IMG/VR virus record: IMGVR_UViG_2939147180_000006
Location: 1-54,932 of that record
Length of the DNA: 54,932 nt
From: a virus
Taxonomy: Duplodnaviria > Heunggongvirae > Uroviricota > Caudoviricetes
Reading direction: 5' to 3' (one strand)
The notes beneath the pieces were generated by a model. That model worked only from the letters and a program-made list of their open reading frames with translations. It searched no databases and was not told where the DNA came from. Positions 18,816 to 28,061 of this stretch are shown one piece after another. The translations under genes and the position numbers were made by a program. Position 1 is the stretch's first letter. Each line of letters begins with the position of its first letter.

Positions 18816-19252
18816 GTTTTGTAACCTTCTACAATCTCTTTATAAATATCGTCGGCGTTGTTTGGATCTTCGAACGCCTTGCGCAAAAATTCAGGTTCAG
18901 CGTTCGGATCCCAGTAATTACCCTTACCAGTACCGCCGCCAAACTCGACGCCTTCTCTGGTTTTGCCGAAATGTTCGCGCGGCTGGCCTTTTAATGTGCC
19001 TGGCATATTGTGTACCCATTCAGCGTAACGGGCCGTATATCCCAGCCGTAACTGCATACCCTCAGCCGTGTTCCCTATGTACTGGAATTGACTGTTAATT
19101 AAAAAACCAGTATCGATCGGTGTCATATTCGCAGCAAAGCCACCAGCCAGCATCCCTACTCGCCATAACACCTCATGAGTTTTCTTGTCTGTGATTTCCT
19201 TTAGTTCCTGCTTCAATCGCTCCCTGACGCGTTTAACACCCTTAATAGGCAT
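18812..19252 (-). CDS. Head-tail joining protein, HK97 gp10-like
   Basis: 146 aa; position and motif GFAANMTPIDTGFLINS reminiscent of gp10-family proteins (from memory). Confidence 0.45.
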   Translation of the reverse strand: MPIKGVKRVRERLKQELKEITDKKTHEVLWRVGMLAGGFAANMTPIDTGFLINSQFQYIGNTAEGMQLRLGYTARYAEWVHNMPGTLKGQPREHFGKTREGVEFGGGTGKGNYWDPNAEPEFLRKAFEDPNNADDIYKEIVEGYKT

Positions 19253-19263
19253 AGAAAACCCCT

Positions 19264-19656
19264 TTAATATTTACTGTGCACGCTGTTACCTGTAATGATT
19301 TTATAATCCGGCGTGTCGTTAAACATGCTCATATCCCATTCAACCACGCCGGAGATCTCATTCGCGCCAGCTTCAAGCGGATCAGAAAAAGCCGTGGTGT
19401 CACCTAGTGCAATCATCCACCCTTTCCGGGGGCGCTCCACTGGTTGCAGGTTGTAAAGCAGTTCGGTAAATATGACGTAACTAACATCGGTTTCACTCCC
19501 GCGCTCGTCTTCGTCTTTACCTTCCGTAGACGTCCAGGTGCAATCAATCAGGTAAGGTTGCCCGTATACCTTCGAATTATTCCAGTCGTCACGCGTTACG
19601 GGGTAAATGGTGGCTATTGCCTTGTAGCTGAATCTCGCGATCTTACTCATAGCCAT
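19264..19656 (-). CDS. Head-tail adaptor / head closure protein (hypothetical)
   Basis: 130-aa ORF in head-tail joining block. Confidence 0.4.
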   Translation of the reverse strand: MAMSKIARFSYKAIATIYPVTRDDWNNSKVYGQPYLIDCTWTSTEGKDEDERGSETDVSYVIFTELLYNLQPVERPRKGWMIALGDTTAFSDPLEAGANEISGVVEWDMSMFNDTPDYKIITGNSVHSKY

Positions 19657-19828
19657 AGCTCCATTTAACGATTTTCGGATGGGTTTTCGCTACGCGCGGG
19701 CAAAGAATTACCCATTCACCAGCATCATTGAGGTAGGCCGCCACCTGTCGCCCGGTGTCAGTTTTCACCCACACGCGGGTAAACAGTTTCGGCAATAGCG
19801 GATCCGGTAATGTCAGGTCGTTCCACAT
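19643..19828 (-). CDS. Hypothetical protein (61 aa) in head-tail joining block
   Basis: ORF overlapping neighbours in operon. Confidence 0.35.
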   Translation of the reverse strand: MWNDLTLPDPLLPKLFTRVWVKTDTGRQVAAYLNDAGEWVILCPRVAKTHPKIVKWSYGYE

Positions 19829-19830
19829 TG

Positions 19831-20217
19831 TTACATCCTCCCGCTTTTACCTATCCAAAGCCCAGCGTGTGCGGTGTTTTCTGGATCTGGTGGAATCAGT
19901 TCTGCTGTACAGTGATGTTTATCAAGGGAGTAAAGCAACGAGCAGGATGCCTTCCATTTTTTATTGAAATCGACATAGCGGTATGACTGGCCTGCACCGT
20001 TCGGACCAGTTTGCGAGGAAACGTACTTGTTAGCCTGGGTGAGTCCTAACAGGCCGATCAGATAAAGTTGGATCAATGTTGCAGTGGAGGCCGGATAGTT
20101 GGCATCAAGGCATTCATTAACGCTGTTTGCCTGCTCCACCAGCAAGGATAAGATAATGTCTGGCAGGTCAATACCCTGGCTTTCAAGATATTCCCGCGCC
20201 TGTTCTGTAGTGACCAT
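19831..20217 (-). CDS. Head-tail connector / gp6-like protein
   Basis: Start trimmed to MVTTEQAREYLESQGIDL (GGAGCA RBS); the table's longer start lies inside the upstream terminator hairpin. Confidence 0.45.
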   Translation of the reverse strand: MVTTEQAREYLESQGIDLPDIILSLLVEQANSVNECLDANYPASTATLIQLYLIGLLGLTQANKYVSSQTGPNGAGQSYRYVDFNKKWKASCSLLYSLDKHHCTAELIPPDPENTAHAGLWIGKSGRM

Positions 20218-20235
20218 TTTGTTTGCTCCACATAC

Positions 20236-20264
20236 AAAAAAAATCCCCGGCATCGCGCCGGGGA
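20236..20264 (-). terminator. Rho-independent terminator just downstream of major capsid gene
   Basis: Perfect 8-bp stem tccccggc/gccgggga followed on minus strand by TTTTTTTT. Confidence 0.7.
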
Positions 20265-20283
20265 GTTACAGGAAATAAGGAAA

Positions 20284-21336
20284 TTATTTGTGACCGTAAA
20301 CAACACCGGAACGGCCCAGCATGTCGCAGGTGATTTGTAAGCCTTCGGCAGACATGATTTTGAAGTTGTAGTTATCAGTAGGCATAAAGCGCGGCATTGG
20401 GACAACACCAGTAGTCATACCAACCAGCGGGGTAATGACGTTGCGACGGCGTTGGTAAGCAATGAACTCGTTGCCTTTCAGTGCAAAGGTCTGACGGATT
20501 TCTTTAACCGGAATGAACGGTTTAACGATATTCAGTACAGTACCAACAACAGTACCGTTAGCAATGTGCGGCGCTGCCAGGTTAGCCATGATTTCAGGTG
20601 ACACCCACATGATGTCATACTGGTCAACGCGGTTGTTACGGGCCATGACACCGAATGCACCAGTGGTGAAGAATTTGATGATGTCGTCGAATCCGTCAGT
20701 GGTGAGGTCGTCAGTGGTCATTTTCAGTTGCTGGGTATTACGGTGATTTTTAATACCCTGGCCAGGTTTACCGTTGACGTTGATTTTTTCGTTACCGTTA
20801 AGGTAATACTCAACGCGGGCTTTGTTGAATTTTTGCAGTTTCAGACGCTGGCTGTCCAGGGCGAGGTCAATACCCACAGTTTTCAGACCTTCGGAATGAC
20901 GCCAGTTGACACCGTAACCCGCTGTGAACATCGGGATCGGGTCGCCATCGCTACCGTATTCGGTGTGATCAAAGCCATGTGGCGCTTGACCATCGATACT
21001 AACGACAACTTCATCGTTAATATCACCGGATACGCTGTACATTTTCTCGGTTTTACCGATTGGTAATACGGTTTGAACAGCCATCAGGTCGTTTACAATT
21101 TCGATGCCAGTCTCTTCGGTGCTCATTTCGATAATCTGGTTATCGATAGCTTTCCAGAATTCCTGATCGAAGCCGCCAACGGCATTACATGCCAGGATGT
21201 CAGCGGTCATGTTTGCCATATTTGCGGCAATAAGAGCGCCGTCACGATCATTGAACATGTTGCGCTGCGCCCAGAGGTGATCCCACTGAGCACGAATGCG
21301 GCTGTTGGTAGCAAGGTTGTGTTTATTAAACAACAT
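20284..21336 (-). CDS. Major capsid protein
   Basis: 350 aa, position after scaffold and decoration-like genes and before the terminator; family not verified. Confidence 0.6.
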   Translation of the reverse strand: MLFNKHNLATNSRIRAQWDHLWAQRNMFNDRDGALIAANMANMTADILACNAVGGFDQEFWKAIDNQIIEMSTEETGIEIVNDLMAVQTVLPIGKTEKMYSVSGDINDEVVVSIDGQAPHGFDHTEYGSDGDPIPMFTAGYGVNWRHSEGLKTVGIDLALDSQRLKLQKFNKARVEYYLNGNEKINVNGKPGQGIKNHRNTQQLKMTTDDLTTDGFDDIIKFFTTGAFGVMARNNRVDQYDIMWVSPEIMANLAAPHIANGTVVGTVLNIVKPFIPVKEIRQTFALKGNEFIAYQRRRNVITPLVGMTTGVVPMPRFMPTDNYNFKIMSAEGLQITCDMLGRSGVVYGHK

Positions 21337-21355
21337 AGTTTTTCACCTCTTATTA

Positions 21356-21757
21356 TTATGCAACGCGGACACGTACAAAATCAGCCGCTTCAAGGTTTAC
21401 AGTTTCCTGGCAGAAAGCGAAAACCGGTTCATCAGATGCTACCAATTTGAACCCACCTTCACCGATGGTGATGGCAGCGTCTTTGGTGTAAGTACCTTCA
21501 GGAAGCAGAATTGCAAATTCGCGTCCTTCTTCTGCGTAGTCAGCAACCACGGAATGACCAACCGGGATCGCGTCTTCAATGCCTAAACCTTCATGGTATG
21601 CCGGATTAACAACATAAATACGTCCTGTGGTATCAGTTGCGGCAGCGAATTTACCAGACGCCATTTTTACCGGGGTGCCAGGCTTAAGTGCTGCGGCAGA
21701 TACTGCGGTTTCAGTAACGGATTTACCGTCAATATTTACACGACGAAAACGGGCCAT
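21356..21757 (-). CDS. Head decoration / capsid accessory protein (DUF2190-like position)
   Basis: 133-aa ORF immediately upstream of capsid gene. Confidence 0.4.
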   Translation of the reverse strand: MARFRRVNIDGKSVTETAVSAAALKPGTPVKMASGKFAAATDTTGRIYVVNPAYHEGLGIEDAIPVGHSVVADYAEEGREFAILLPEGTYTKDAAITIGEGGFKLVASDEPVFAFCQETVNLEAADFVRVRVA

Positions 21758-21768
21758 AATTTCACCTC

Positions 21769-23055
21769 TTATGCGAAATAGTTGTTAATGTCAGGGGTGG
21801 CAGGTTTATTTCCACCAGCGGCTGAGTTTGCTGCCATTGGTGCTGCTTTACCCAGGGATTTAAACATTGCTTCTAACGCTTCACCACTTAATGCGTTAGC
21901 AACAATTTCGCCGTGTACTTTTGCTACTGCGGCGCGTTTTTCTGCTTCTTCTTTATTTGCGTTTGCTGCAATTTCTTCTTTAATTGCTTTCTGGTTGGTC
22001 TGTAATTCTTCAACGCTTGCCTGTACTGGTTTAAGTGCTTCAGCTACTGCATTGGCGATGTTAGCGGATAAACCTTCGTTAATTTCTTTTACCAGTTCGG
22101 CGCGTTCTTCTTTGGTCAAAGGCATGGGATCGTCCTCCGATTTATTGGCCTTAATTTTTTCATTCAGGGAGAAAAGATTAGACAGGTGTTCAGCGAACTG
22201 AGCGAACCATGATTTACTTTCCTCATTGGTTGCAAGCTCGCCATTATTGAGAATAATTTTATCAGCCTGTTTTTGGTAGTTGTATTTTTCCGCGTAATTT
22301 TTATTAGTGGCAATTGTCACTTCTTTGTCAGTGAAGTCCACGACATAGACATAATCGGCATCAGGAAGTAATTCACGCGCCGCTTCTGTCAGTTGTCTTT
22401 CAAGCGTGCGATAGCTGTTTTCTTTCATTGCCACCGCCATTAAAGGCTTCGCCTGGTCAGTGTTAACCATCAGGCCAACGCCCTGCTCTGGTGATGCGGC
22501 TGGCGGCTCATGTAGTAAGATGGCGTCATGGTCAATCGACATGATTTTAACCACGCTGTCAGCACCCTGGGCCTTCATCTCTTCAGTAGCTGGCATACGC
22601 TGACGATATACGGCAACAGATGACCAAATCGGATCTTTGCTTTCGCCTTTTTCCAGTGCTTCCAGTCGGCTTAATAATTCGCGTCCTTGTTCTGAATGGC
22701 TGGCAGTTTCAACATCCACCCATTTTTCCACATAAACACGGTTGCCGCGTAATTCCACATTTCTGTTCCACGCTCCACAAAAGCCAATATTCAGTCCTTC
22801 AGGGCTAAATGCGGAAACAAATTCACCATCAACCGTAGGATGGCCCAACGGTGCGAGCGTTCCTTCCAGTGACTGATAATTAGCGATAATTTCAGCTTCA
22901 GGATAATATTCACGATTCATAACGATGTTGAAGGGCAACGTATAAGACGGGACTACAATATGCTCGCGCCCGTTATATGTTTCCCGACGAATGGTATTAG
23001 CGGTTAATTTGGTATTAACCTGAATCAGTTCTTTACTCACGGTTTTTACTCCCAA
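21769..23055 (-). CDS. Putative head scaffolding protein
   Basis: 428 aa; C-terminal half strongly coiled-coil, Ala/Glu/Lys-rich; position between MuF-like and capsid genes. Confidence 0.45.
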   Translation of the reverse strand: MGVKTVSKELIQVNTKLTANTIRRETYNGREHIVVPSYTLPFNIVMNREYYPEAEIIANYQSLEGTLAPLGHPTVDGEFVSAFSPEGLNIGFCGAWNRNVELRGNRVYVEKWVDVETASHSEQGRELLSRLEALEKGESKDPIWSSVAVYRQRMPATEEMKAQGADSVVKIMSIDHDAILLHEPPAASPEQGVGLMVNTDQAKPLMAVAMKENSYRTLERQLTEAARELLPDADYVYVVDFTDKEVTIATNKNYAEKYNYQKQADKIILNNGELATNEESKSWFAQFAEHLSNLFSLNEKIKANKSEDDPMPLTKEERAELVKEINEGLSANIANAVAEALKPVQASVEELQTNQKAIKEEIAANANKEEAEKRAAVAKVHGEIVANALSGEALEAMFKSLGKAAPMAANSAAGGNKPATPDINNYFA

Positions 23056-24011
23056 TCTTCGCCATATTTAGCGTGCGCAACCTTGTAATTCTCCTGCGCC
23101 CGCTCAAGGATTCGTTTGTTTAATATATTACCGTCTTCGTCAACTAATACGGTAATAGTGCTGCATTTGCAGTTAATTGAATTAGGGGATCTACTCCACC
23201 ATTCGCGCTGCTCTTCTATGGTGTACGTTTTCCCGTGCCGCTGTGCATGTGACAGCCTGGTAGTCGGTGACAATGCCGAAATGTGCATTTGCATAGTGCG
23301 CAAATTAAGCTCTTCTGTCGCCGCTTCTGCCTCATCCATACGCGCTGTGCGCAACGCTGTACATATTTCAGTACGGGCAATACGTTTGCACCTGTATAGC
23401 GGTAATTGCGTTTCCTGCTGCAATGTACGCGCTATTTCAAGTGGGTTTAAGCCGCGAGCCATGCCTTCAGTTAATCGGCGGGCCATATCCTTCTTGATCT
23501 GTGCGGTAAGCCCACGCATCTCTTCAAATACACGGGTACGAACCAGGGCAAGACGCGTGCGATAGGTCTGACTGGTTAATACCGCCGACACTTCGGGGTA
23601 AGCCCTGGAATATGTGACTGACTGGTTAGCTAGGTTGGCATATTCCTGTGAAGTGCCTCGCTGATACGCCACCTTCACGTATTCCTGCCAGAACCAGAAG
23701 TCTTCCGGGTCTGTTAACTCGAATATCTCATCAATCATGTCGCTGGCGTCTTCCAGCAAATCATGTAATTCGTCGATGTAGATCTGGAAAGTGTATTTCT
23801 TATTAACAGCCAGGCTATATTGTATTCTGTCCAGTATGGCGATATACGGATCCGCAACTTTCTTCAGGCAGGCTTTAAAACGCTTGATAGCACCGGACCT
23901 TAACTTCCCTGTCATGGTCGGGTCTTCGGTGTTAGATGGCATTATCGCGGCTGGAGGTATTCGCCTGATTATCTTCTTCACCTTCATCATCGTCTTCCTC
24001 TTCCGTTTCAA
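23046..24011 (-). CDS. Head morphogenesis protein, Mu F-like / SPP1 gp7-like
   Basis: 321 aa downstream of portal; segment IARTEICTALRTARMDE resembles the MuF-family core; start uncertain (may be at 23915). Confidence 0.6.
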   Translation of the reverse strand: MKRKRKTMMKVKKIIRRIPPAAIMPSNTEDPTMTGKLRSGAIKRFKACLKKVADPYIAILDRIQYSLAVNKKYTFQIYIDELHDLLEDASDMIDEIFELTDPEDFWFWQEYVKVAYQRGTSQEYANLANQSVTYSRAYPEVSAVLTSQTYRTRLALVRTRVFEEMRGLTAQIKKDMARRLTEGMARGLNPLEIARTLQQETQLPLYRCKRIARTEICTALRTARMDEAEAATEELNLRTMQMHISALSPTTRLSHAQRHGKTYTIEEQREWWSRSPNSINCKCSTITVLVDEDGNILNKRILERAQENYKVAHAKYGEDWE

Positions 24012-25323
24012 CTACACTGGCAGGGCCATCGTATCCGGCAGCCTCGCGGATCTCGTCACCGCTAAATATTTCTTCACCAGTAGCCAAACAAGCCTGATTG
24101 ATTTGTGCCATTTTGTATGCCGCCTCCAGTAGTTCAGCTTTGGTCATGGCGTTCAGGTCGTCCCATATAACTGATACGTCAATTGGCATACTGATAAGGC
24201 GGAGATCTGCCATCTTGCGGAATAGATCCTCAAGCTCACCGCCGATTTCCTCCCTGCGGGTCATACAGCGGCTGTTGAAGTAGCGGAGGTCTTCGGTTGA
24301 TGCGCGTTCGCCCTGCTGGTTCCCAACCAGGATGCGGGTCGGAATATCAATACCAGCGGCGGCGGTTTGCAGGTTGACGTCATAGGTTGCTGACGGGTCA
24401 GATACGGCAGTCACCAGTGGGCTTACTGTTGCCCCCTGTAATGCCATCATCACGTCGTTACCCTTATTCATTTCAGCCGCTGCCTCATTGAATCTTTCGC
24501 GTAACTCTGTAACGTCGCAATCGTATGTTGCAGCAAGGGAACGGAAGTCAATCTCTTTATCGAACGAGATAGCAAGCTGGCGGGCGGCGTTTTTCAGGAA
24601 TGATTCACCGCTACCCCCCTCCACCTTCTCAAGTGACACAAAGGCGTTATAGGACGGTTCAAGGAAAGCGATGGCATCATCAGAATAGTCGCCAAAGATA
24701 AATATGCGGTCAGGGTGGATCTTTCTGGCAATGGTTTTACTGTTTATGCGCTCTTTGTATTCCCACCATGTAGGCAGGCCATAGTTTTCACTGTTCGGGT
24801 CTTCTTCAAATTCCTTCGGTGTAAGAGCGCCAGCCCATACCGGGGTAAATTTGGCAACACCTACGCCTTTCGTCACTGGCTGATCCCACGGCTGGTTATC
24901 TCTGACATGAATCAACAGGCCAGCATAACGACCAATGAGGCGGCGGCGGTCACATTCGGCAATGATGCGCCAAAATCTGTTATCAAACTGTTTCTTGATT
25001 TCTCTTTCCCAGGATGTTTCTGTTTCCGCTTTCTCGTCTTCTGTTCCTTCAATCATCGTTGGCCTGGTGCGCCAGCACGTCGTGATGATTTTCTCAATAG
25101 CACCGTGAGCAATACCGCCGCGACGATACAGTTTGTACAGGTCGTCATACGTGATCTCTTCTTTGAATCCGTATTCGCTCCACGCAGCATCACGTTTGGC
25201 ATCTATCCCCATAGTGAACGGGTGCGCTGCGGCATAGCGGGCATATGCCGCCTGGCGTTGTGACAAGGCAGCATTAACCGCCAATTCTAAATTGGATGGC
25301 ATAATGTTTACTCCTGAATACAT
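23932..25323 (-). CDS. Portal protein
   Basis: 463 aa between terminase large subunit and MuF-like gene; acidic C-terminal tail. Confidence 0.6.
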   Translation of the reverse strand: MYSGVNIMPSNLELAVNAALSQRQAAYARYAAAHPFTMGIDAKRDAAWSEYGFKEEITYDDLYKLYRRGGIAHGAIEKIITTCWRTRPTMIEGTEDEKAETETSWEREIKKQFDNRFWRIIAECDRRRLIGRYAGLLIHVRDNQPWDQPVTKGVGVAKFTPVWAGALTPKEFEEDPNSENYGLPTWWEYKERINSKTIARKIHPDRIFIFGDYSDDAIAFLEPSYNAFVSLEKVEGGSGESFLKNAARQLAISFDKEIDFRSLAATYDCDVTELRERFNEAAAEMNKGNDVMMALQGATVSPLVTAVSDPSATYDVNLQTAAAGIDIPTRILVGNQQGERASTEDLRYFNSRCMTRREEIGGELEDLFRKMADLRLISMPIDVSVIWDDLNAMTKAELLEAAYKMAQINQACLATGEEIFSGDEIREAAGYDGPASVVETEEEDDDEGEEDNQANTSSRDNAI

Positions 25324-25380
25324 GTTTACGCGTTGCTACGCGAAAAATAGAAAAACTTGTGGGTAGTTGTGAGTCAGATT

Positions 25381-26865
25381 TTAAAATCCGCGCAGGCGCT
25401 TCGGTAACATGAGGCCCATCGCCTGTGGCTGGCTTAGTTCGGTGATACCCCATACCATTGCATCCATACGGTCAGGGGATTTTTTAGCGGTAGCTGGCAC
25501 GTATTCCATCATTTGATTTTCCAGCGTGTACAGGCTGCCAGTGTGGGCCACCCTTCCTTGTGCATACAGTGCTGATATTGGTTCAGCGCGGGCGAATTTA
25601 CCTTTACTTGCGTGCACCTTAACAATGCGGCCTTTGAATCCGGCATTACGCAAAGTGGCCTCTGCCATTTCGCCGCCCTGGTTGGTTTCGATAACTATCG
25701 CGTCAGCTTCATGGATGTTGTAGGCGTTCATTGATGCCTGCGCCCAGTCGTTAGGTGACATGCGTCCTGAGTAGTCACCGTCTACAGAATACTGAGCATT
25801 CTTGCCGCCACCATAGGCGGAACACGCTATGATCCCCGTTTCGTCCGACTCATCAGATGATGTTGTCGCAGGGTCAATAGCTATTACAGTGCGTATTTTC
25901 TCCTGCGTTATCTGCATCCGGTGCGCGGCTGTTATCATCGCCTCTGTCCACAACGCACCCTCTTCATCGAATTTGCGCGGGCGCTGCATGTACTGGGCCT
26001 CAAATGACCTTCTGTGTGCCTTCAATCCAGCTTCATGGGCGTCATTGTGCTTTTTAGGCCACAGCCAGCCGTCTGGCAGATTGTGAGGAATAGGGATAGC
26101 GAACTCGTTTTCAGGGTACAGATCCCAGTAGTCCAGACTGTTATCAATCTTCACTGGCAGGTTCAGGTGATGCCATTTCTCACCGCTCCCACCTCGTAGC
26201 AGGTAGCCGGACAAATCATCGTAGTGGATGCGCTGCATAATGACGATAACAGGCGTTGTTTGCACTGCCAGACGTGAAGCAAGCGTGTCGTTATAGTTAG
26301 TGTTAACCTGCTTTCTCACCACGTCAGAATAAGCGTCAGCGGGTTTTAATGGGTCGTCAATGATTAACGCGCCGTTAAATCCCGGTTCCATATACCCTGC
26401 ACGGAACCCAGTAACCTGACCAAGCGATGACGTTGCATACACGCCGCCACCGTATTCAGTCCACCACATTGATTTTGAGTTTGCATCGTTGCGGATCCTC
26501 ATGGGCCACATTGCCTGATATTCAGGCGTACAGATCATGTTTCTTACGGTCGAGGAATTGAGTAACGCCAGGTTGTTGGAATAGGAGACATGAAGGAATC
26601 GTGTGCGGGGATTTATTGCGAGTGACCGCGCCATCATGTTGATAGTTGCGATCATGGTTTTGCCGTACCCTGGAGGGATGTTAATGATGAGTCTGGTTAT
26701 CTCACCATTGACAACGCGTTGCAGTGCGTCGCGGATAGCTAAGTGATGGCCTGAGATTAACATCTTCGTTCCGTTCGCTTGCTTATAGAAGTAGCGATTG
26801 AAAAACAGGCCATCGTTTTCACATTTGGACTGAATAACTCGTTCTTTGATTGTCAGCATAATCAC
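25381..26865 (-). CDS. terL: Terminase large subunit
   Basis: 494 aa; Walker-A-like NIPPGYGKT; acidic nuclease-type C-terminal motifs; downstream of small subunit. Confidence 0.85.
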   Translation of the reverse strand: MIMLTIKERVIQSKCENDGLFFNRYFYKQANGTKMLISGHHLAIRDALQRVVNGEITRLIINIPPGYGKTMIATINMMARSLAINPRTRFLHVSYSNNLALLNSSTVRNMICTPEYQAMWPMRIRNDANSKSMWWTEYGGGVYATSSLGQVTGFRAGYMEPGFNGALIIDDPLKPADAYSDVVRKQVNTNYNDTLASRLAVQTTPVIVIMQRIHYDDLSGYLLRGGSGEKWHHLNLPVKIDNSLDYWDLYPENEFAIPIPHNLPDGWLWPKKHNDAHEAGLKAHRRSFEAQYMQRPRKFDEEGALWTEAMITAAHRMQITQEKIRTVIAIDPATTSSDESDETGIIACSAYGGGKNAQYSVDGDYSGRMSPNDWAQASMNAYNIHEADAIVIETNQGGEMAEATLRNAGFKGRIVKVHASKGKFARAEPISALYAQGRVAHTGSLYTLENQMMEYVPATAKKSPDRMDAMVWGITELSQPQAMGLMLPKRLRGF

Positions 26866-27347
26866 ACCTCATCTTCTACTTCCTGAACGATGCGGGCGAT
26901 CTCTTCTTTTGTGACTTCTACCTGTACTGGTGCTTCTTCCCTGTTGCCTACGATTTCCTGCGTAACGCGTTCGCCATACTTACGCGGTTGCAGTTTTGCC
27001 AATAGCCATTTACGGGTTTCAATCATCAAATGATGTCTGTTTAACTCTTCCTTTTTGATGTTTTCTGGCGCGTCAGCAAGGTCGATGATTTCATCAGCTA
27101 ACACCTCAAATCCGATCTCCTTCGCGCGCATATACATGTCCGAAAACTCTGGCACGTCACGGAACCATTTAAGGATTGTTGAACGCGCAGGCATACCAGG
27201 CATCTTCGAAATCTTGTTAATACTTTCGCCGTCCGACACCAGCTCGCAGATCTCCAATGCCTTTTCTTCTGAATAGCCATGTGGACGGCCCGTCTTTTTG
27301 GCTGCTGGCTTTTTGTCTTCAGCCTTTGCCTTTTTAGTGCGGGCCAT
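26862..27347 (-). CDS. terS: Terminase small subunit
   Basis: Start trimmed to MARTKKAKAED; HTH-like N-terminal domain; 4-nt overlap with terL. Confidence 0.75.
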   Translation of the reverse strand: MARTKKAKAEDKKPAAKKTGRPHGYSEEKALEICELVSDGESINKISKMPGMPARSTILKWFRDVPEFSDMYMRAKEIGFEVLADEIIDLADAPENIKKEELNRHHLMIETRKWLLAKLQPRKYGERVTQEIVGNREEAPVQVEVTKEEIARIVQEVEDEV

Positions 27348-27451
27348 AATCTCACCTCTTAATATTTGTTGATGATATATACGCAAGCCACAAAACTTGC
27401 GCAATATGTTAATACTTCCAACCAGTCGAATAATTCTTTCATCTTTTCACC

Positions 27452-27520
27452 TTACTGCGACAAGGCCGCCATAGTGAGAACAATCGCGACAATCAGGAAA
27501 AAGAAATCAAGCCATTTCAT
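27452..27520 (-). CDS. Tiny hydrophobic peptide (22 aa) MKWLDFFFLIVAIVLTMAALSQ
   Basis: Manually translated; AGGAG RBS; member of tandem array. Confidence 0.35.
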   Translation of the reverse strand: MKWLDFFFLIVAIVLTMAALSQ

Positions 27521-27537
27521 TTTTAAACTCCTGCGAT

Positions 27538-27609
27538 TCAGTTAACACTTAAAAGAACCGCAACGATGACGATCACTATAATCATGCAAAAGAAGTCTGC
27601 TTCTCTCAT
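27538..27609 (-). CDS. Tiny hydrophobic peptide (23 aa) MREADFFCMIIVIVIVAVLLSVN
   Basis: Manually translated; GAGGG RBS; ATGA overlap with upstream peptide. Confidence 0.35.
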   Translation of the reverse strand: MREADFFCMIIVIVIVAVLLSVN

Positions 27610-27686
27610 CTTTTTAACCCTCGATAAAAATCAACAGCAATGACTACAACTACAGCCACCAGCAATAGCATTTCGTATGCGTTCAT
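27606..27686 (-). CDS. Tiny hydrophobic peptide (26 aa) MNAYEMLLLVAVVVVIAVDFYRGLKR
   Basis: Manually translated; ATGA stop-start overlaps on both sides. Confidence 0.35.
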   Translation of the reverse strand: MNAYEMLLLVAVVVVIAVDFYRGLKR

Positions 27687-27781
27687 TTGATGCTACCCAT
27701 AATAAGGCCGATGATGATAATTATGGCGACAGTGCCTAACATCATTCCGCACATAATCGCCATCAGTTCGAATATATCCAT
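27683..27781 (-). CDS. Tiny hydrophobic peptide (32 aa) MDIFELMAIMCGMMLGTVAIIIIIGLIMGSIK
   Basis: C-terminal part of table ORF 27683..27886; AGGTGA RBS before the internal ATG. Confidence 0.4.
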   Translation of the reverse strand: MDIFELMAIMCGMMLGTVAIIIIIGLIMGSIK

Positions 27782-27789
27782 GCCGTCAC

Positions 27790-27864
27790 CTATACAACAT
27801 TCTTCAACCACAGATACATGATGACGGCGAACGTTGAGCACCATATGAGATCGTAAATATCCAT
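27790..27864 (-). CDS. Tiny hydrophobic peptide (24 aa) MDIYDLIWCSTFAVIMYLWLKNVV
   Basis: Manually translated; weakest member of the array. Confidence 0.25.
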   Translation of the reverse strand: MDIYDLIWCSTFAVIMYLWLKNVV

Positions 27865-27875
27865 TGTGAACACCT

Positions 27876-27950
27876 TCAGCTTTCAATGAATATCATGATC
27901 GCCAGCCATACAGCGACGCATAAGGAAAGGATAACGAGCGGGTCAATCAT
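27876..27950 (-). CDS. Tiny hydrophobic peptide (24 aa) MIDPLVILSLCVAVWLAIMIFIES
   Basis: Manually translated; overlaps upstream peptide stop by 8 nt. Confidence 0.35.
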   Translation of the reverse strand: MIDPLVILSLCVAVWLAIMIFIES

Positions 27951-28059
27951 GCTGCCCCTCCACCCAGTGCTTGATCTTTGCGTTTATTAGTGCAACTGCA
28001 ATAAAACCCACCAGGAATACAGAAACACCGATCAATCCGGCTATTACATAAGCGTCCAT
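27943..28059 (-). CDS. Small membrane peptide (38 aa) MDAYVIAGLIGVSVFLVGFIAVALINAKIKHWVEGQHD
   Basis: Manually translated; GGGGGTGA RBS; starts 2 nt after the HExxH-protein stop. Confidence 0.4.
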   Translation of the reverse strand: MDAYVIAGLIGVSVFLVGFIAVALINAKIKHWVEGQHD

Positions 28060-28061
28060 AA

